Positions 37,756-50,647 of a stretch of DNA of 64,000 bases are shown here, one piece after another. The notes below the pieces were generated by a model, which did not search any database, was not told the DNA's origin, and was given only the letters and a program-made list of their open reading frames with translations. The translations under genes were made by a program, and so were the position numbers. Origin of the DNA: Tubiluchus corallicola. Taxonomy: Eukaryota > Animalia > Priapulida. Positions within the stretch are counted from its first letter, which is position 1, and every line of letters starts with the position of its first letter. The DNA is taken from positions 1-64,000 of the forward strand of contig JAQGDQ010000290.1 of NCBI GenBank assembly GCA_030141605.1. Direction: 5' to 3'.

Positions 37756-38095
37756 ATTATCACATTGATGGAGCTGTAGCGTCGACTGTGGCTGAGCAGT
37801 GCGATCCTTGAACGTCTTCAGGGCGCACGCCTGGGCAAGGTGTATGGAGATGCTGAGTTGCCCAGGCAACAGGAACCCCTCTCTTCCTCCGTGGTGTAGT
37901 CCAAAGGAAAGCGGAGCGATGCGTTTGGCACCAGGTTGGCTGCAGGAGCTGCGGTCACCCATCCAAGTACTAACCAGGCTCTACGTTGCTTAACTTCGGT
38001 GATCAGACGAGAACCAAGTACTAACCAGGCTCTACGTTGCTTAACTTCGGTGATCAGACGAGAACCGGTGTTTTCAACGTGATTTGGCCCTAGTC
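37756..38095 (-). mobile_element. 5S rRNA-derived SINE (SINE3-like) or truncated 5S pseudogene with unrelated body
   Basis: Minus strand GACTAGGGCCAAATCACGTTGAAAACACCGGTTCTCGTCTGATCACCGAAGTTAAGCAACGTAGAGCCTGGTTAGTACTTGG..ATGGGTGACCGC matches the first ~93 nt of metazoan 5S rRNA. A GC-rich non-5S body and a (TTGG)n tail follow. Confidence 0.85.
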
Positions 38096-39612
38096 ACCAT
38101 TCCATTCCAATGACAACTGCAGCTCATTTGGTCATTGTAGAATTTAGCACGAGGCGAGACGGATTTTAATTATAAGCACTCGTCAATGTCTTACGTCTTA
38201 ACACCTCTCAATAAGTCGAAGCTCAGACAGAGCATCCAAAGAAACCACTAACCATTGAAGTTTAAGAAAGATGACGTCACGCGCGGTGTTTACGTAGCCA
38301 GCCTCGACAATGTCCTTTGCATTTTCTGTGTGGATACTTGAGAATATACTTCGCGTTTTTCTGCGCGGACACTTGACCACTTGTCAAACGGTTAAGAGGC
38401 TTAAACTGTCAATTTGTCAGCAGGTCGTGTGCGCATGTTCTACAATGTTGAATCATCGGGAGTGATGAAGACGTTTGTGATGAAGTAACTGGTCATGTAG
38501 AAAATTTTTGTTTTTCTGTTGATAAAATCCTTTTTGATTTTTTCATTATTCTGTTTATTAGGCACAAAAGCGAATTTACCTCTTAATGAGCTACTTTAGC
38601 AAAGTATTTTTTTTCAAAAGTTGATCTTACGCACAGATTGAGTAAAATGCAAATAAACAAAAGTAATTAGTAAGAGCGGGTTGAAATTGACCACTTCTTA
38701 TGCATGGAGTCATTTGGCTCAAAATGTAGAAGCTTTGAACACAGATCTTTCTAAATTCAATGCAAGAATCCAGGATGCGACATGCGAATTTCAACTGTGG
38801 TCAAAGTTCATTATAGGCCCGTCCACACGATCATTCAAAACACTGTCATTCTTGAGTTTGTTGGTTTTGATGAACGTGTGGTCGCCGAGAATGACAGTGA
38901 AATTTGAATGTCATTCGAGTTTGTCGACATCGAGCTGGCCTTGCTTTTCGTCAGTGTCGGTCATAATTCTAGGAACGAACAGCCAATAATAATCCGCGTA
39001 GGTGACTCACTAGAACAGCCCGCTATAACGGGGCTTCATTACTAAAACAATGAAAGCAAAAACAGCTTCATAAATTAACCTATTGTAAGTGTATTGTGGG
39101 TGACTTTTTGCGAGTTTTATAGACTAAAGCTACGACTGTATGTGCGCGTAATGCGTGACCGGTAATACGTAATGCGTGACCGGTAATGCGTAATGTATGA
39201 TAGCCATCACGTTCGAGTAAATTCGTATCACGCATCATGAATTACGTATTACGCATTAGGTACACATGGAAACACTACAACGTGTTTAAATATACGCTGT
39301 TGTATGCTAGTCACGCATCTCGCGTGTATGGACTCGTACCTTTATACAGAGAAATATACATTATAGGGGAACTAGAGCTCGTACTGCTGCGACTAACCTG
39401 CAAAAACGCAAACTATGGTTCCCTTTTAAGTGACAACCTGTTCTTTCTGCATTATTTAGATGTGAAAATGTCCAGTAATCGAACATACTTGGCGACTTCG
39501 TGTTACTTGAATAGAACTTCAAAATTTATTTCTGTTACCTTCATTCCAGTTTGATAATAACGTCTTCGTTTCATTTCCTTGCCGAATTCGTTTTTCTTTG
39601 ATTGCGATTTCC

Positions 39613-40011
39613 TTTTGCAGCACATGCTAAAACAAAGATCGTTTTCAACACATGCTAAAACAAAGATTGTTTGCAGCACATGCTAAATCAAAGATCGTTT
39701 TCAACACATGCTAAAACAAAGATCGTTTTCAGCACATGCTAAAACAAAGATCGTTTTCAACACATGCTAAAACAAAGATCGTTTTCAGCACATGCTAAAA
39801 CAAAGATCGTTTTCAGCACATGCTAAAACAAAGATCGTTTGCAGCACATGTTAAAACAAAGATCGTTTGCAGCACATGTTAAAACAAAGATCATTTGCAG
39901 CACATGTTAAAACAAAGATCGTTTGCAGCACATGTTAAAACAAAGCTCGTTTTCAGCACATGCTAAAACAAAGATCGTTTGCAGCACATGCTAAAACAAA
40001 GATTGTTTTCA
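39613..40011. repeat. 28-bp minisatellite (~14 copies)
   Basis: Unit CAGCACATGCTAAAACAAAGATCGTTT(T/G). Confidence 0.96.
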
Positions 40012-40200
40012 TGCAAGCCCCTTTGACGCTATTTCAAAAATGACGAAAAGTTAGAGAAAATCCCTTCAACAAATAGTTAAGCGCGAAGTAACTGTCAGTG
40101 AAAGCTGATCGTGTGAACAGAGTTCAGTGTTTTGAATGTCATTCTTTAGAAGGACCGCGTGGACTAGGTTTAAGGGTATGCGACGTCGTGTAATAATTAA

Positions 40201-40879
40201 AGGAAGACCGAACGATTGTTTAGACTCAATCTCACTTTAATCTACTGTCCAAAATATACATTCTCTTGCCTATAAAAGTTAACAATTGTTCCTTATATTT
40301 GAATAATTAGCTTAGAAAGTTAATTAAGGGCAGCGGAACACAGCTATTGCTCATCAGCAACTAACCATAATTACTGTCCAAAATATACATTTTCTTGCCT
40401 ATAAAAGTTAACAATTGTTCCTTATATTTGAATAATTAGCTTAGAAAGTTAATTAAGGGCAGCGGAACACAGCTATTGCTTACGTCAGAAACTAACCACA
40501 GTTTGTGCAATAGCTGGCGTCTTCCCTTGCGTGTCAAGCACCTTTGCATAGGTGTTGCAGTGCTGCTTAAACGCATGGTGTCACGAAAAATGAGCTGTAC
40601 GTCATATGACGTCAGAAACTAACACTGCAGTTCATGATCTTAGTTATCACGGTACCGCCTCCTATTTGTCGGCCACGCGCATGTGACAAAAAGGCGCCGC
40701 TGCCAATCTTAGTAGATTCACTGAGCCGCTCGTAACTCTGAAAGTTTAACGAAATTTGAGTATCCGAGGTAATTGTTATTTAATCTAAGCTTTGATTTAA
40801 AAAAAAGCTATTGTAGTTTTCAATCTTTCAGAGCATTCCTTATTCTGAACTCGTGTTTACACAATCATCCGGATTTCCT
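40201..40879 (+). mobile_element. Family B TTAA element, copy 2 (with internal ~130-bp tandem duplication)
   Basis: TTAA|AGGAAGACCG...CGGATTTCCT|TTAA; the segment TACTGTCCAAAATATAC...CACAGCTATTGCT occurs at ~40243 and ~40372. Confidence 0.85.
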
Positions 40880-42367
40880 TTAAGTTAGGGCGCTATCTAA
40901 CCAGAGTACTGTGTTCAGGGTTCTCGAGCATTACCGTCACCATTGTATACCACATTTACAGAGTAATTGGTTACTTTTGTAGGCTACGTGGATCCGTGTC
41001 ACTGGCGAAATACTTGTGTGCACGTGCAAATTATTTAATCGGAACAAAAACGGAACTAAGCACTAATGTTTAAATGTTTCAGATTTAATCAGCAAAACAA
41101 CAATAGCAAAATTAAAGGTGATAACAATTTCCAACAATACCTAATCCCCCCAAAAGTAAGGTACGCTTCTTTCTCTCATCAGGGTTTTGGATCTGGTAAC
41201 CATTCTCCCCAACCATATCACGTCAGCTGTTTCTCTGCTCGGTAATCAGCCACGTCCTCGCCCAGCAACTCTGCCAAATGTCACCAATCTAGCCTTCGTA
41301 TGGATCACACCTCGGAACTACTCCAGTAATACAGTAATTGAAATCGTCACTGATTGCTTCAAACTCCACGTAATAAAGCCAGACTTCTTTTTCTACATGA
41401 AACTCCGACGAAGTGGTCTGCTACTGCCCAGGGAATGTTTTCTCTACTTCGGTAGTCTTTCAGACAAAATGTTAACAGTTCATCGAAGATTCGTGCCTTC
41501 TTCTGCGGCAGATTTACGGTTACGAAGCACCAAAGTCAGAACAGTAAAATTTACCGCGCATACAGAAGCAGACAAAACCCTTGCCTTTCTCATAAACCAT
41601 TTCACTGCATACAAGTGCCAATAAAGACTGGTTCACATCAAACTTGTTGTCCAGCCATAAAAAATGACCTCAGGATGTGAAATAACCTGCAAAACCCCAC
41701 CACCCTGTAACTTCGGCGATCAGAACAGAATATATGTAATGTAAAACACGAACTCTGTAGTAAGATCTTAAAACAAGTTGAATCCATTTGGTATTTAAAG
41801 TCCAGGTAACCTAATTACAGGTAAGCAGAGAAATGAACGGCCAGAGCCTTCCAGTGGCAAAGTTTTAGAAAAACACACAATTCTATAGAGGTTTAACAGT
41901 GCAATAAGTCTGTAATGTAATAAGATTATTAATTAATAAGGTAATTAGATCATTGATCAATAAGGCAATTAGAGTCATTAATTATGCACACAGAACATCA
42001 TACGATGGATATATCAGAATAGGCGTCGCAATAACGTCGCACATTTCATTTGCGATTCTTAATCTAAAGTACTGCAATAATAACTTAACATGTGCTGCCA
42101 CCGACATTTAGAATTATTTATTATTAAAATGAGTCAAGTTTAATCCAGGTTGTGGCGTTGGTCACCTGTATCTGCTGGGCTTCCCATATATGGCTGTGTT
42201 GATTGCTAGTGTGTTTTACTAGCCAATCAGGTAATCTTAGTGGGTGCATGTGACTTAGGTAGCCCTGCCATGGCCAGCCTGGGGTTTTTTCTTCTTGAGC
42301 ATTTGTGTTGAATGTTCCACCACGTGTGTTCTCTCCTGCAAATAACAGTGTAATAACAGAAAGAAAG

Positions 42368-43018
42368 TCTCTCACAGTTCAGCAGAATTGCACAGTTTTG
42401 TTTCAACCACCAGAGCGAACCAGTCTACAACTGTCTACACTAACTTCAGTCTCTCACAGTTCAACACAATTTCATAATTTTGTTTCAACCAGCAGAGTGA
42501 ACCAGTCTACAACTATCTACACTAACTTCATCCTCACAGTTCAACACAATTTCATAATTTTGTTTCAACCACCAGAGCGAACCAGTCTACAACTGTCTAC
42601 ACTAACTTCAGTCTCTCACAGTTCAACACAATTTCATAATTTTGTTTCAACCAGCAGAGCGAACCAGTCTACAACTGTCTACACTAACTTCATCTCTCAC
42701 AGTTCAACACAATTTCATAATTTTGTTTCAACCAGCAGAGCGAACCAGTCTACAACTGTCTACACTAACTTCATCTCTCACAGTTCAACACAATTTCATA
42801 ATTTTGTTTCAACCAGCAGAGCGAACCAGTCTACAACTGTCTACACTAACTTCATCTCTCACAGTTCAACACAATTTCATAATTTTGTTTCAACCAGCAG
42901 AGCGAACCAGTCTACAACTGTCTACACTAACTTCATCTCTCACAGTTCAACACAATTTCATAATTTTGTTTCAACCAGCAGAGTGAACCAGTCTACAACT
43001 GTCTACACTAACTTCAGT
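42368..43018. repeat. 81-bp minisatellite (~8 copies)
   Basis: Unit TCTCACAGTTCAACACAATTTCATAATTTTGTTTCAACCAGCAGAGCGAACCAGTCTACAACTGTCTACACTAACTTCATC. Confidence 0.96.
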
Positions 43019-43304
43019 ATAATATATTTCACGCTCTTTACAAATTCAGTACTTCTATGCTGTCAGCTAGAAGATTCTACAACTTGTTTCCTTTTATGCA
43101 GCCTGTTATAAAGTTTTCTACAAATAGTGATATACTGGTATAACCGACCATCACAGGATATGCTCCGAAGAAAGCAAAATATAAAAATTTACTTTTTGTT
43201 GAGCTTTCTTACAAAAGCGTGTTGACGCTCGATAACTGGTTTGTACTACTGGCTAAATCGTTAATTAAATACGTGGATTAATTTCCAGTTTAAATTTTTT
43301 TCAG

Positions 43305-43762
43305 GCGTCACCACATTAGCAAGCGTGTCCACGCTAACGGTCATTTCCATAGACCGCCTATTTGCCATCATGTATCCCCTGAAAGAGAAGCTAACTTCTA
43401 AGCGGCCCAAACTGTTCATTTTTGGAATCTGGCTGGTTTCTTTGCTAATGCCGCTTCCACAGATATTTTACCATCGTTACGATACAGTAAACTACTTAAA
43501 CACGGTAGTGAATGTCTGCTGGTGGCCTCCAAACTTCAGATACAGTTTTAAAAACGAAACTGCGTGTATGAAAGAGAAACCAGGCGAGTATCTGTACGAC
43601 AAGGACATCATGAATGTAATGTTGACTCTACCTCTCTTCTTCATTCCTGTGTCCACCATGTTGCTGTCTTACGGACTCATTGTGTGCAAACTGTGGAGTA
43701 TTAATGCGCCCGGTGAACAACACGCTCAGATTGTTGAGATACAACATGCCGCGAGGAAAAAG
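43305..43762 (+). CDS. Class A (rhodopsin-like) neuropeptide GPCR, exon encoding TM3-TM5 and ICL3
   Basis: TTTTTCAG acceptor and GTAGGT donor. Reads VTTLASVSTLTVISIDRLFAIMYPLK (DRY-like), IWLVSLLMPLP (TM4), an ECL2 Cys, and LFFIP..MLLSYGLIVCKLW..PGE..ARKK. Confidence 0.93.
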
Positions 43763-44012
43763 GTAGGTGCAGTTTAAACTTGAAAGATTTTAAAATATTC
43801 TAATGGAAATGATATTTTGACTTGATTTCTTTTATCGTTTATTCCAACCATAAAGTACATATTGAAAATACAGTTACAACAACAATTCATGACATACACA
43901 CACAACTTACAAAGTTACATTACAATATTTACAATAAGGACCCGAAGCATGGGCTCAGACTCAACGGTAACTAACTAATTAAACTCTCGTGTACAGTAAG
44001 GCAGAAAGCTTG

Positions 44013-44059
<47 letters not shown>

Positions 44060-44479
44060 TATATATAAAATACATATGAAAATTATATATATAATAACAT
44101 CACTCTGTAATATTGCTTTACAAAAATTATTGGCAAGCCACTGATTCAGCAGTGAAATGCAGTGGTTTTTTATTTGGCCATACTACTAATTGTTGTCTTC
44201 AGGGATGTTTATTTTAAGGAAAAAATGATCATTGATTGATATTTATTAAAATCTACTTTTAACAGCTGTTTTTAAATCTTTATCTGTCATTGTTTCTACA
44301 ATATTGATAAAAAATGGACATTAATTATTCATTCTCAGTGTTACACTCGCTGGTTTAGCACAAAATACTAGCGAGGTCACATTTATAAGCAATATTACAT
44401 GGAACATTTACGTTCGGCGGGGGGGGGGGGGTTAGGGGGATTGGTGGCTCGCTTTCTATTGAGCCTCTACATGAGCCTT

Positions 44480-44880
44480 TCTATTTTATTCTAAAGATAT
44501 TTTACGTGGCGATTATAATATAGATGTAACTCCGAACTTGTATATGAAACCAATCCAGAAAGACCTTCATTTAAGATTTAGTAAGACGATTACTAAACGA
44601 TTTGGTCACGTGCTGCAAAATAATTCATAGGGATGTTGATTTAGATCCCGAAATTTTTTTCGAGAGCATTCGCTGATTGGACAAAAAGTAACCATTGTCT
44701 CAAGCTATGTGTTTGTAAAACGAATAGAAAAGGTTTTCGGTTTTTCGTTTCCAACCGTGTTGTTAAAGTGTTGAATTCCTTACCCAGCTCAGTAAGTGAT
44801 GCTGCTTTGGTTACTGTAGCGAATTCTAAACTTTTCAAAAATAGATTGAAGTTGTTGATTTTGATAAATGGCTTGTGTAC
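44480..44880 (+). mobile_element. CR1-like LINE 3' fragment
   Basis: Reads RFFVSNRVVKVLNSLPSSV...FKNRLK, resembling the conserved CR1 ORF2 end FFSNRVV..WNSLP....FKNRL. Confidence 0.7.
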
Positions 44881-44987
44881 GATAGACGTGTGCAAGCTGC
44901 CTGTCTGTTTACGTCTTTCCATACATTCATTTTTTTGTTGTTTTATAGTTGATTTCTAATGCATATTCTTAAATAAATGTGTAATAG

Positions 44988-45347
44988 ACAAATAAATAAA
45001 TAAACAAATAAATAAGCGAGTGAGTGAATGAGTGAGTGAATGAGTGAGTGAGTGAATGAGTGAGTGAGTGAATGAGTGAGTGAATGAGTAAGTGAGTGAA
45101 TGAGTGAGTGAGTGAGTGAATGAGTGAGTGAGTGAGTGAGTGAGTGAGTGAGTGAGTGAGTGAGTGAGTGAATGAGTGAGTGAGTGAGTGAATGAGTGAG
45201 TGAGTGAGTGAGTGAGTGAGTGAGTGAGTGAGTGAGTGAGTGAGTGAGTGAGTGAGTGAGTGAGTGAGTGAGTGAGTGAGTGAGTGAGTGAGTGAGTGAG
45301 TGAGTGAGTGAGTGAGTGAGTGAGTGAGTGAGTGAGTAAGTAAATAA
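44988..45347. repeat. (GAGT/GAAT)n microsatellite
   Basis: Read directly from the sequence. Confidence 0.96.
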
Positions 45348-46351
45348 TATTTCATTGTTTGGCACTGTAGAAGCCGAAATGCAGCATTTAAATGGCCAAC
45401 TCTGCTTTATGCTGATGGTTTATCAGTTCCTCACCTATAGTTCATTTTCAAGAGAATCCTTTAACTTAAAACTATCCAAGGTGACTATTTAACCACTTTA
45501 CGTGGATTGTTTGTGATAAAAGATCTCGTCTTTTTGTTTTCGTCCGAGCAGAAGGCGCTACGATTTACAGCAGGGTTGCTTAGATTAGAATGAATCAGAT
45601 TTTGTGGCATATTGCGCAATGTATCTACAATGCAATTGTTCGATGAACCTACAATTTTCGTAGTTCGATATTGCCATAGTTTTTTCTTTGGTTATTCCTA
45701 CGAATTCCGTGTTTTCAGTTAAATTCCAATTTTTGTTTTTTTTGTTAATCTAAATATTGTTTCATATCATTCGCCATATTCATTTATTTATAATTTAATT
45801 ATAAACTCGTTCAAATTCATTATCTTAATTTCTCCCTAGTTATTCACCTTTCTTTTTATTTTCAAAATGTTGATTATTATTTCCCTTTGTGTACTTGTCA
45901 GGTCATATAATTTTCTTTAAATTTCATAGGGCTTCTTGACCTGGTGATGATTTACAATTCTCATAATTTGACGTGGCTTCATTCTTTTTCTTTGGTTCTT
46001 CTGTTGGATTGAGCTTCTTGATTTATTTGCAATTTTTTGTTTTGTTTTTGTTGAGTTGGGTTAAGTCTCTTGATTTAAATTTAAATTTTTTTGTTTAGTT
46101 TGATTAAATTTTGCATTTTTTCATTTGCCATATTTATTTATTGTTTCTAAATTTAAACTCATTTGAACTTTTACCATTTTTTGCCAAGTTACTGATTATT
46201 ATTCATTTCTACATACCTACTTAACACGTCACTTAATTTTCTTCAATTTGGATAGGGATGGCTGGCTTTTCACTACCCTGTCTCTTTTCCATTTTTATTT
46301 TAGTTTTTTGCTTTTGTTTATTTTTATTTCGTAAAAATTTAGAGACAAATA

Positions 46352-46671
46352 AGTTACTTGGTTGCTTACTTGCTTGCTTTCTTACTTACTTGTTTGCTCA
46401 CTTACGTACTTACTTACCCACTCACTCACTCACTCACTCACTCACTCACTCACTCACTCACTCACTCACTCACTCACTCACTCACTCACTCACTCACTCA
46501 CTCACGCACGCACGCACGCACGCACTCACTCACTCACTCACTCACTTACTCACTTAACACTTAACACTTAACACTTACTTACCTACCTACCTACCTACCT
46601 ACCTACCTACCTACCCACCCACCTACCTACCTACCTACCTACCTACCTACCTACCTACCTACTTACTTACT
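46352..46671. repeat. Compound (ACTC/ACGC/ACCT)n microsatellite
   Basis: Read directly from the sequence. Confidence 0.95.
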
Positions 46672-47338
46672 GTAATATTAGTGCACCAAGAGAGATACGT
46701 GACGGTAAACCTAAAATAAGCTAATCGTTTCCCACCTACAGAAAGTTTATCGTCAATTTTTTAATTGTCGTGAATTCTGTGTAATTATAGTCTGACACAT
46801 TAATGTTTGCTTTGAGCTCTGCATTAATTAGAATACACTAGTGATCAGTTAATGTGGACAGGTAACAAAATAGCGCGTCTGCTAAAAGCTATTCCTCTGC
46901 CTTTGTGGTCATTATCGTGTCTAGAAGTAATGCTTCTATAAACCTCAGCTAAACCTCAGGTGTAGCAAAAACCTGCGCGTTTATAATATATTATGTGACA
47001 TTACAACATTACTGACAAGTAGCCATATTGCTTAGTTGTCTCAGAGGACTGCTGTGCATTATTTCATCTCAGCAGCTTCATACAAAAAATAGGTGGCATC
47101 AAACCTTAATGGAGAATTAAGAGACGTAATGATCTTCACAGATGATGTCGTAGTATTTTATGTTTAGTCGCCATGGCGTAAATAATCTTTCTTCTTACTT
47201 ATTTATACCATTTATTCGTTCTCTCATACGGTGCAATAAATGCACAAGGAAACACAACAAATGGTGAGAATTACAATAAATTAGTTCAAGCTGTACATGT
47301 TAAATGAAAAAAAGTTTGTTAATTTGCTAAAGCAAAGG

Positions 47339-47348
47339 AATAATAATA

Positions 47349-47418
<70 letters not shown>

Positions 47419-47548
47419 CGATGACGAACGACGACGACGATGACGATGACGATAACGATAACGATAACGATAACGATAACGATAACGATAACGATAACGA
47501 TAACGATAACGATAACGATAGCGATAACAATAACAATAATAATAATAA
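47339..47548. repeat. (GAT)n/(AACGAT)n microsatellite
   Basis: Read directly from the sequence. Confidence 0.95.
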
Positions 47549-48539
47549 AACCATAGCATTACTTATGTTATCATTTTGGTGTCAGCAAATGGTCAAATAA
47601 TTTAAATCTCATACAGTTCAGACTTCCTAAAGAAATAAAAATACTTGGTTTCTATACTTCATGAAATTTCCTTTATAAATGAAGCAACTGCTAGCTTATT
47701 GTCAGAGATATTAAGCATTTTATCAGTAACGAGACGCAGTACTTTTGATCTAAACTCGTGACAAGAACAATCAATTCCATATTGGTTAGAGATTGATACT
47801 GAACTGGATCGCATAATAAGCGTTTTCACAGTTCTAGCGATTGATGGTGATCGTGAAAATGTCAAAGGTTAAGTGTACCAGACAACGCATTTGTGTACAC
47901 TTAACGCCTCGCAGCCCAAGCTATTGTAATAGTAGCAGTTTTAACAGCTTGCTAGAACCTTACCTAGTTCATTTTTTCTTGTTCCCAAGCAAGATCCTGC
48001 TAGTAAATCACTCTACACACAGACTGATGCATAATTAAGTAAAGTCCAGGCAAAACAATTACAGTAAGTACTAAACTAATGCTTTGCGTTACCTACATGC
48101 CACGTGACATAGTAGTTAAGACGCGTTGCTGTGGTACACTTAACCTTTGACCTACAGCAACTACGTGTGCGCACAACGAAACTATGAAAAGGCTTATTGA
48201 AGGTGGAACAATACCGAGCTTTATGAGCAAAATAATGAACTGATTACTGTTATTTAAACAGTTAAAATAAAACTTAATGAATGGCTTCTGGAATTGTTTA
48301 TGAAGAGGTAAAGTGTCAGCTACAAACGGTCATTTATCTACATAAATTGGCAGTTAAGATCTTTATACAAGGACTCACAAAAACGCACTTGTCAGAAAGA
48401 CTAAGAAACTATAAATACAATCACGGATAAGTACCAATTATTTAATACAAAAAGATTTATTTAAAACTCTGATATGTTCATCACGCATAAAGTCAAATTC
48501 TGCTACACGTCATCACCATAAAGTATATATATATATATT

Positions 48540-48700
48540 CATCATGTCTTAGAATGGTTAATTACTTCTAAATCATTACTTCCCATCAGGAATAAAAATT
48601 TTATCAGCATCGCTCGGGAGGAAAAATTCTGGTATAATTACATTGATGTGATTGTATAAATTTTCTCTAAGATCATTGTAATATGGCATCCTAAAATACG
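48540..48700 (-). mobile_element. LINE ORF2 C-terminal remnant
   Basis: Minus strand reads PYYNDLRENLYNHINVIIPEFFLPSDADKIF, the same class of motif as CPLYDDIR...NDNDKL at 9563-9660. Confidence 0.5.
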
Positions 48701-49114
48701 CTTGTACACGTGCGTTTACTAAATACTTTATGTTGGTGTCAGTAGAAAATCACAACACCCTTAAAGATTGCCGTTTTTGCTGGACGCAGCAGCCAAGAAC
48801 CTTGTAGTCGACGAAGCAATCGATCTTTCTATATTCTCCATATAACAGCCTCATTTAGCGCAGTAATTATCAATAAAGTAGTCCCGAAGAAAAATAAACT
48901 GACAGGTTATGAAGGGCGTAATGAAGCCATGTATTGGTGTTTAAATAAGCCAACCATGGGATTCTCTGCACCTTTCTGGCGAAATACGATATTTCTGAGG
49001 AAAACGAACAGGGGTGTTGCACAACTACTTCTACAAAGACCGGCAACCTTTCAATTTTGCTCAAAACATACAGCAGTAGTAAAAGACGTGTAAGAACACT
49101 ACAAAGAAACATAC

Positions 49115-50280
49115 AAATTAAAGCAAAGCCAGCCCTAATCTTAAACTGCAGAATAAAAGAATCCACTCTTTAAAATATTGAAAGGAAATACTATTTTCTC
49201 ACTTACGTGACCACAAAAAACATGTGCTGTACCTCTCAGTTCAGATGTGTTAGTTTGTGACGAACTACACGCATTCGACAGCTCATGCGTGAGCACACCG
49301 GTAGATTTGAAATTTAAATTTTTATCTTAAAACTTCCCTAGTTTTAGTACAACACATTGAATACCTTACAGTAGCACTGTACTTCAATTTTCGCTTTCGA
49401 AAACACGTGCAACACGCTCGTGGAATATTTTTGCTGTTGAAAATTACGTTAATTTGTGAAGTCATCAATAGTTGGACTCGTCCGCCGTTAATTAAGTATC
49501 TAATCTATTATCTGACCTTAAACACGGTTATGAATACAACTTTATCAATATTTAAAGCAAAACCAGGCAAATCTTAAACTGTAGGTCAAGACACATACTC
49601 TTTAAAATATTGAAAGGAAACATTCCATTTTTTCAAACATGACTTACGTGAAACGTTCTTACCATTGGGTAATATATGAAAAATCATCCTGTCTTTCTTT
49701 AAACACTTTGTTACATAGTGACAGCGGGAAACCCCTTTTTTCCCTAACGTTGGATATATTTTTCATTTTTAGGGTACTGAGATTGCTGATGTTAGACATT
49801 ACTTTCTTTGATCTTAAAAACGTAGGCGTACCTGCAGCTTAATCTTCCTGTTTTCATGTTTTTGTTGAGATATAGATGCTGTATAGAAGTGACGTGCAGG
49901 TGGTATGAAATGGCGGCATTTCTCACTAATAATTTAGTAGTGCTATAAGGAAAAAAGCATTGTGGTTTTTACTACCTGTTGGTGTAAGGATATTAAAAAA
50001 ATACAATGCAATACGAGTATATTGTGGTGTAGCGAATTTATTTTTTTCCGAATAAGTGTTCAGGTGTACAGTTGTGACGTAGTGCACACGTTCGAGAACT
50101 CCTGCGTAAGCACAGCGGTACAGTGCTAGCTGTATACAGTAGTACGCTGAATGTTGTACAGCAACACAGTTGCAAACACGTGCAACATGCTCATGGAATG
50201 TGTGTGATGTTGAAAATAACGTTTAGTAGTGATGTCATCACTGACTGTGCTCGCCTGTTGTTAATTTAGTTTTTAACATG
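49115..50280 (-). repeat. Dispersed diverged copies of the foldback inner domain (homologous to 1640-2060)
   Basis: 49211-49425 (GTACCTCTCAGTTCAGAT..GTACTTCAATTTTCGC..GCAACACGCTCGTGGAA) is the reverse complement of 1645-1835. 49120-49210 and 49552-49653 match 1950-2055. A weaker copy lies at 50070-50270. Confidence 0.8.
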
Positions 50281-50433
50281 GTTTTTAATTACACGAAACT
50301 CTTCGACATTATTATAATTCTTAAAATGTATACTTTTACCCTTTACTGTTCACCACACTTTTTACCAAACTACTTAAAGTTTTATTCACGGAGAGTTTTT
50401 CTTGTCCTTCAAGGTTTTTGTCATTTTTTTCAG

Positions 50434-50523
50434 GTAACGAGGATGGCATTTATCGTCGTTGTAGCTTTCACAGTTTGCTGGTCTCCCTTCCAGTTCATTT
50501 TGCTCTATCAGGCTTTATCAGTG
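50434..50523 (+). CDS. GPCR exon encoding TM6
   Basis: TTTTTTTCAG acceptor and GTGAGT donor, phase 0/0. Reads VTRMAFIVVVAFTVCWSPFQFILLYQALSV (CWxP motif), in frame after ARKK. Confidence 0.93.
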
Positions 50524-50647
50524 GTGAGTACATAGGACCTTTCATTACTACTACACATAGAGAATGTATAAATACATTCTTTAAATGTATTGCTCTTATG
50601 TAGAATGTTATTGTGTGAGGATGCTAAACCAACCGCTTTACTGTATA

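Noticed and set aside
37950-38095. Functional 5S rRNA gene
   Set aside because: The 3' ~25 nt and the T-run terminator are missing, there is a 51-bp internal duplication, and it is not in a tandem array.
41187-41624. 145-aa ORF
   Set aside because: TTG start, no recognisable motifs, and no convincing splice or family evidence.
48290-48425. Penelope GIY-YIG endonuclease remnant (HLSERLRNYKY)
   Set aside because: Only a short resemblance amid frameshifts; too weak to call without a profile search.
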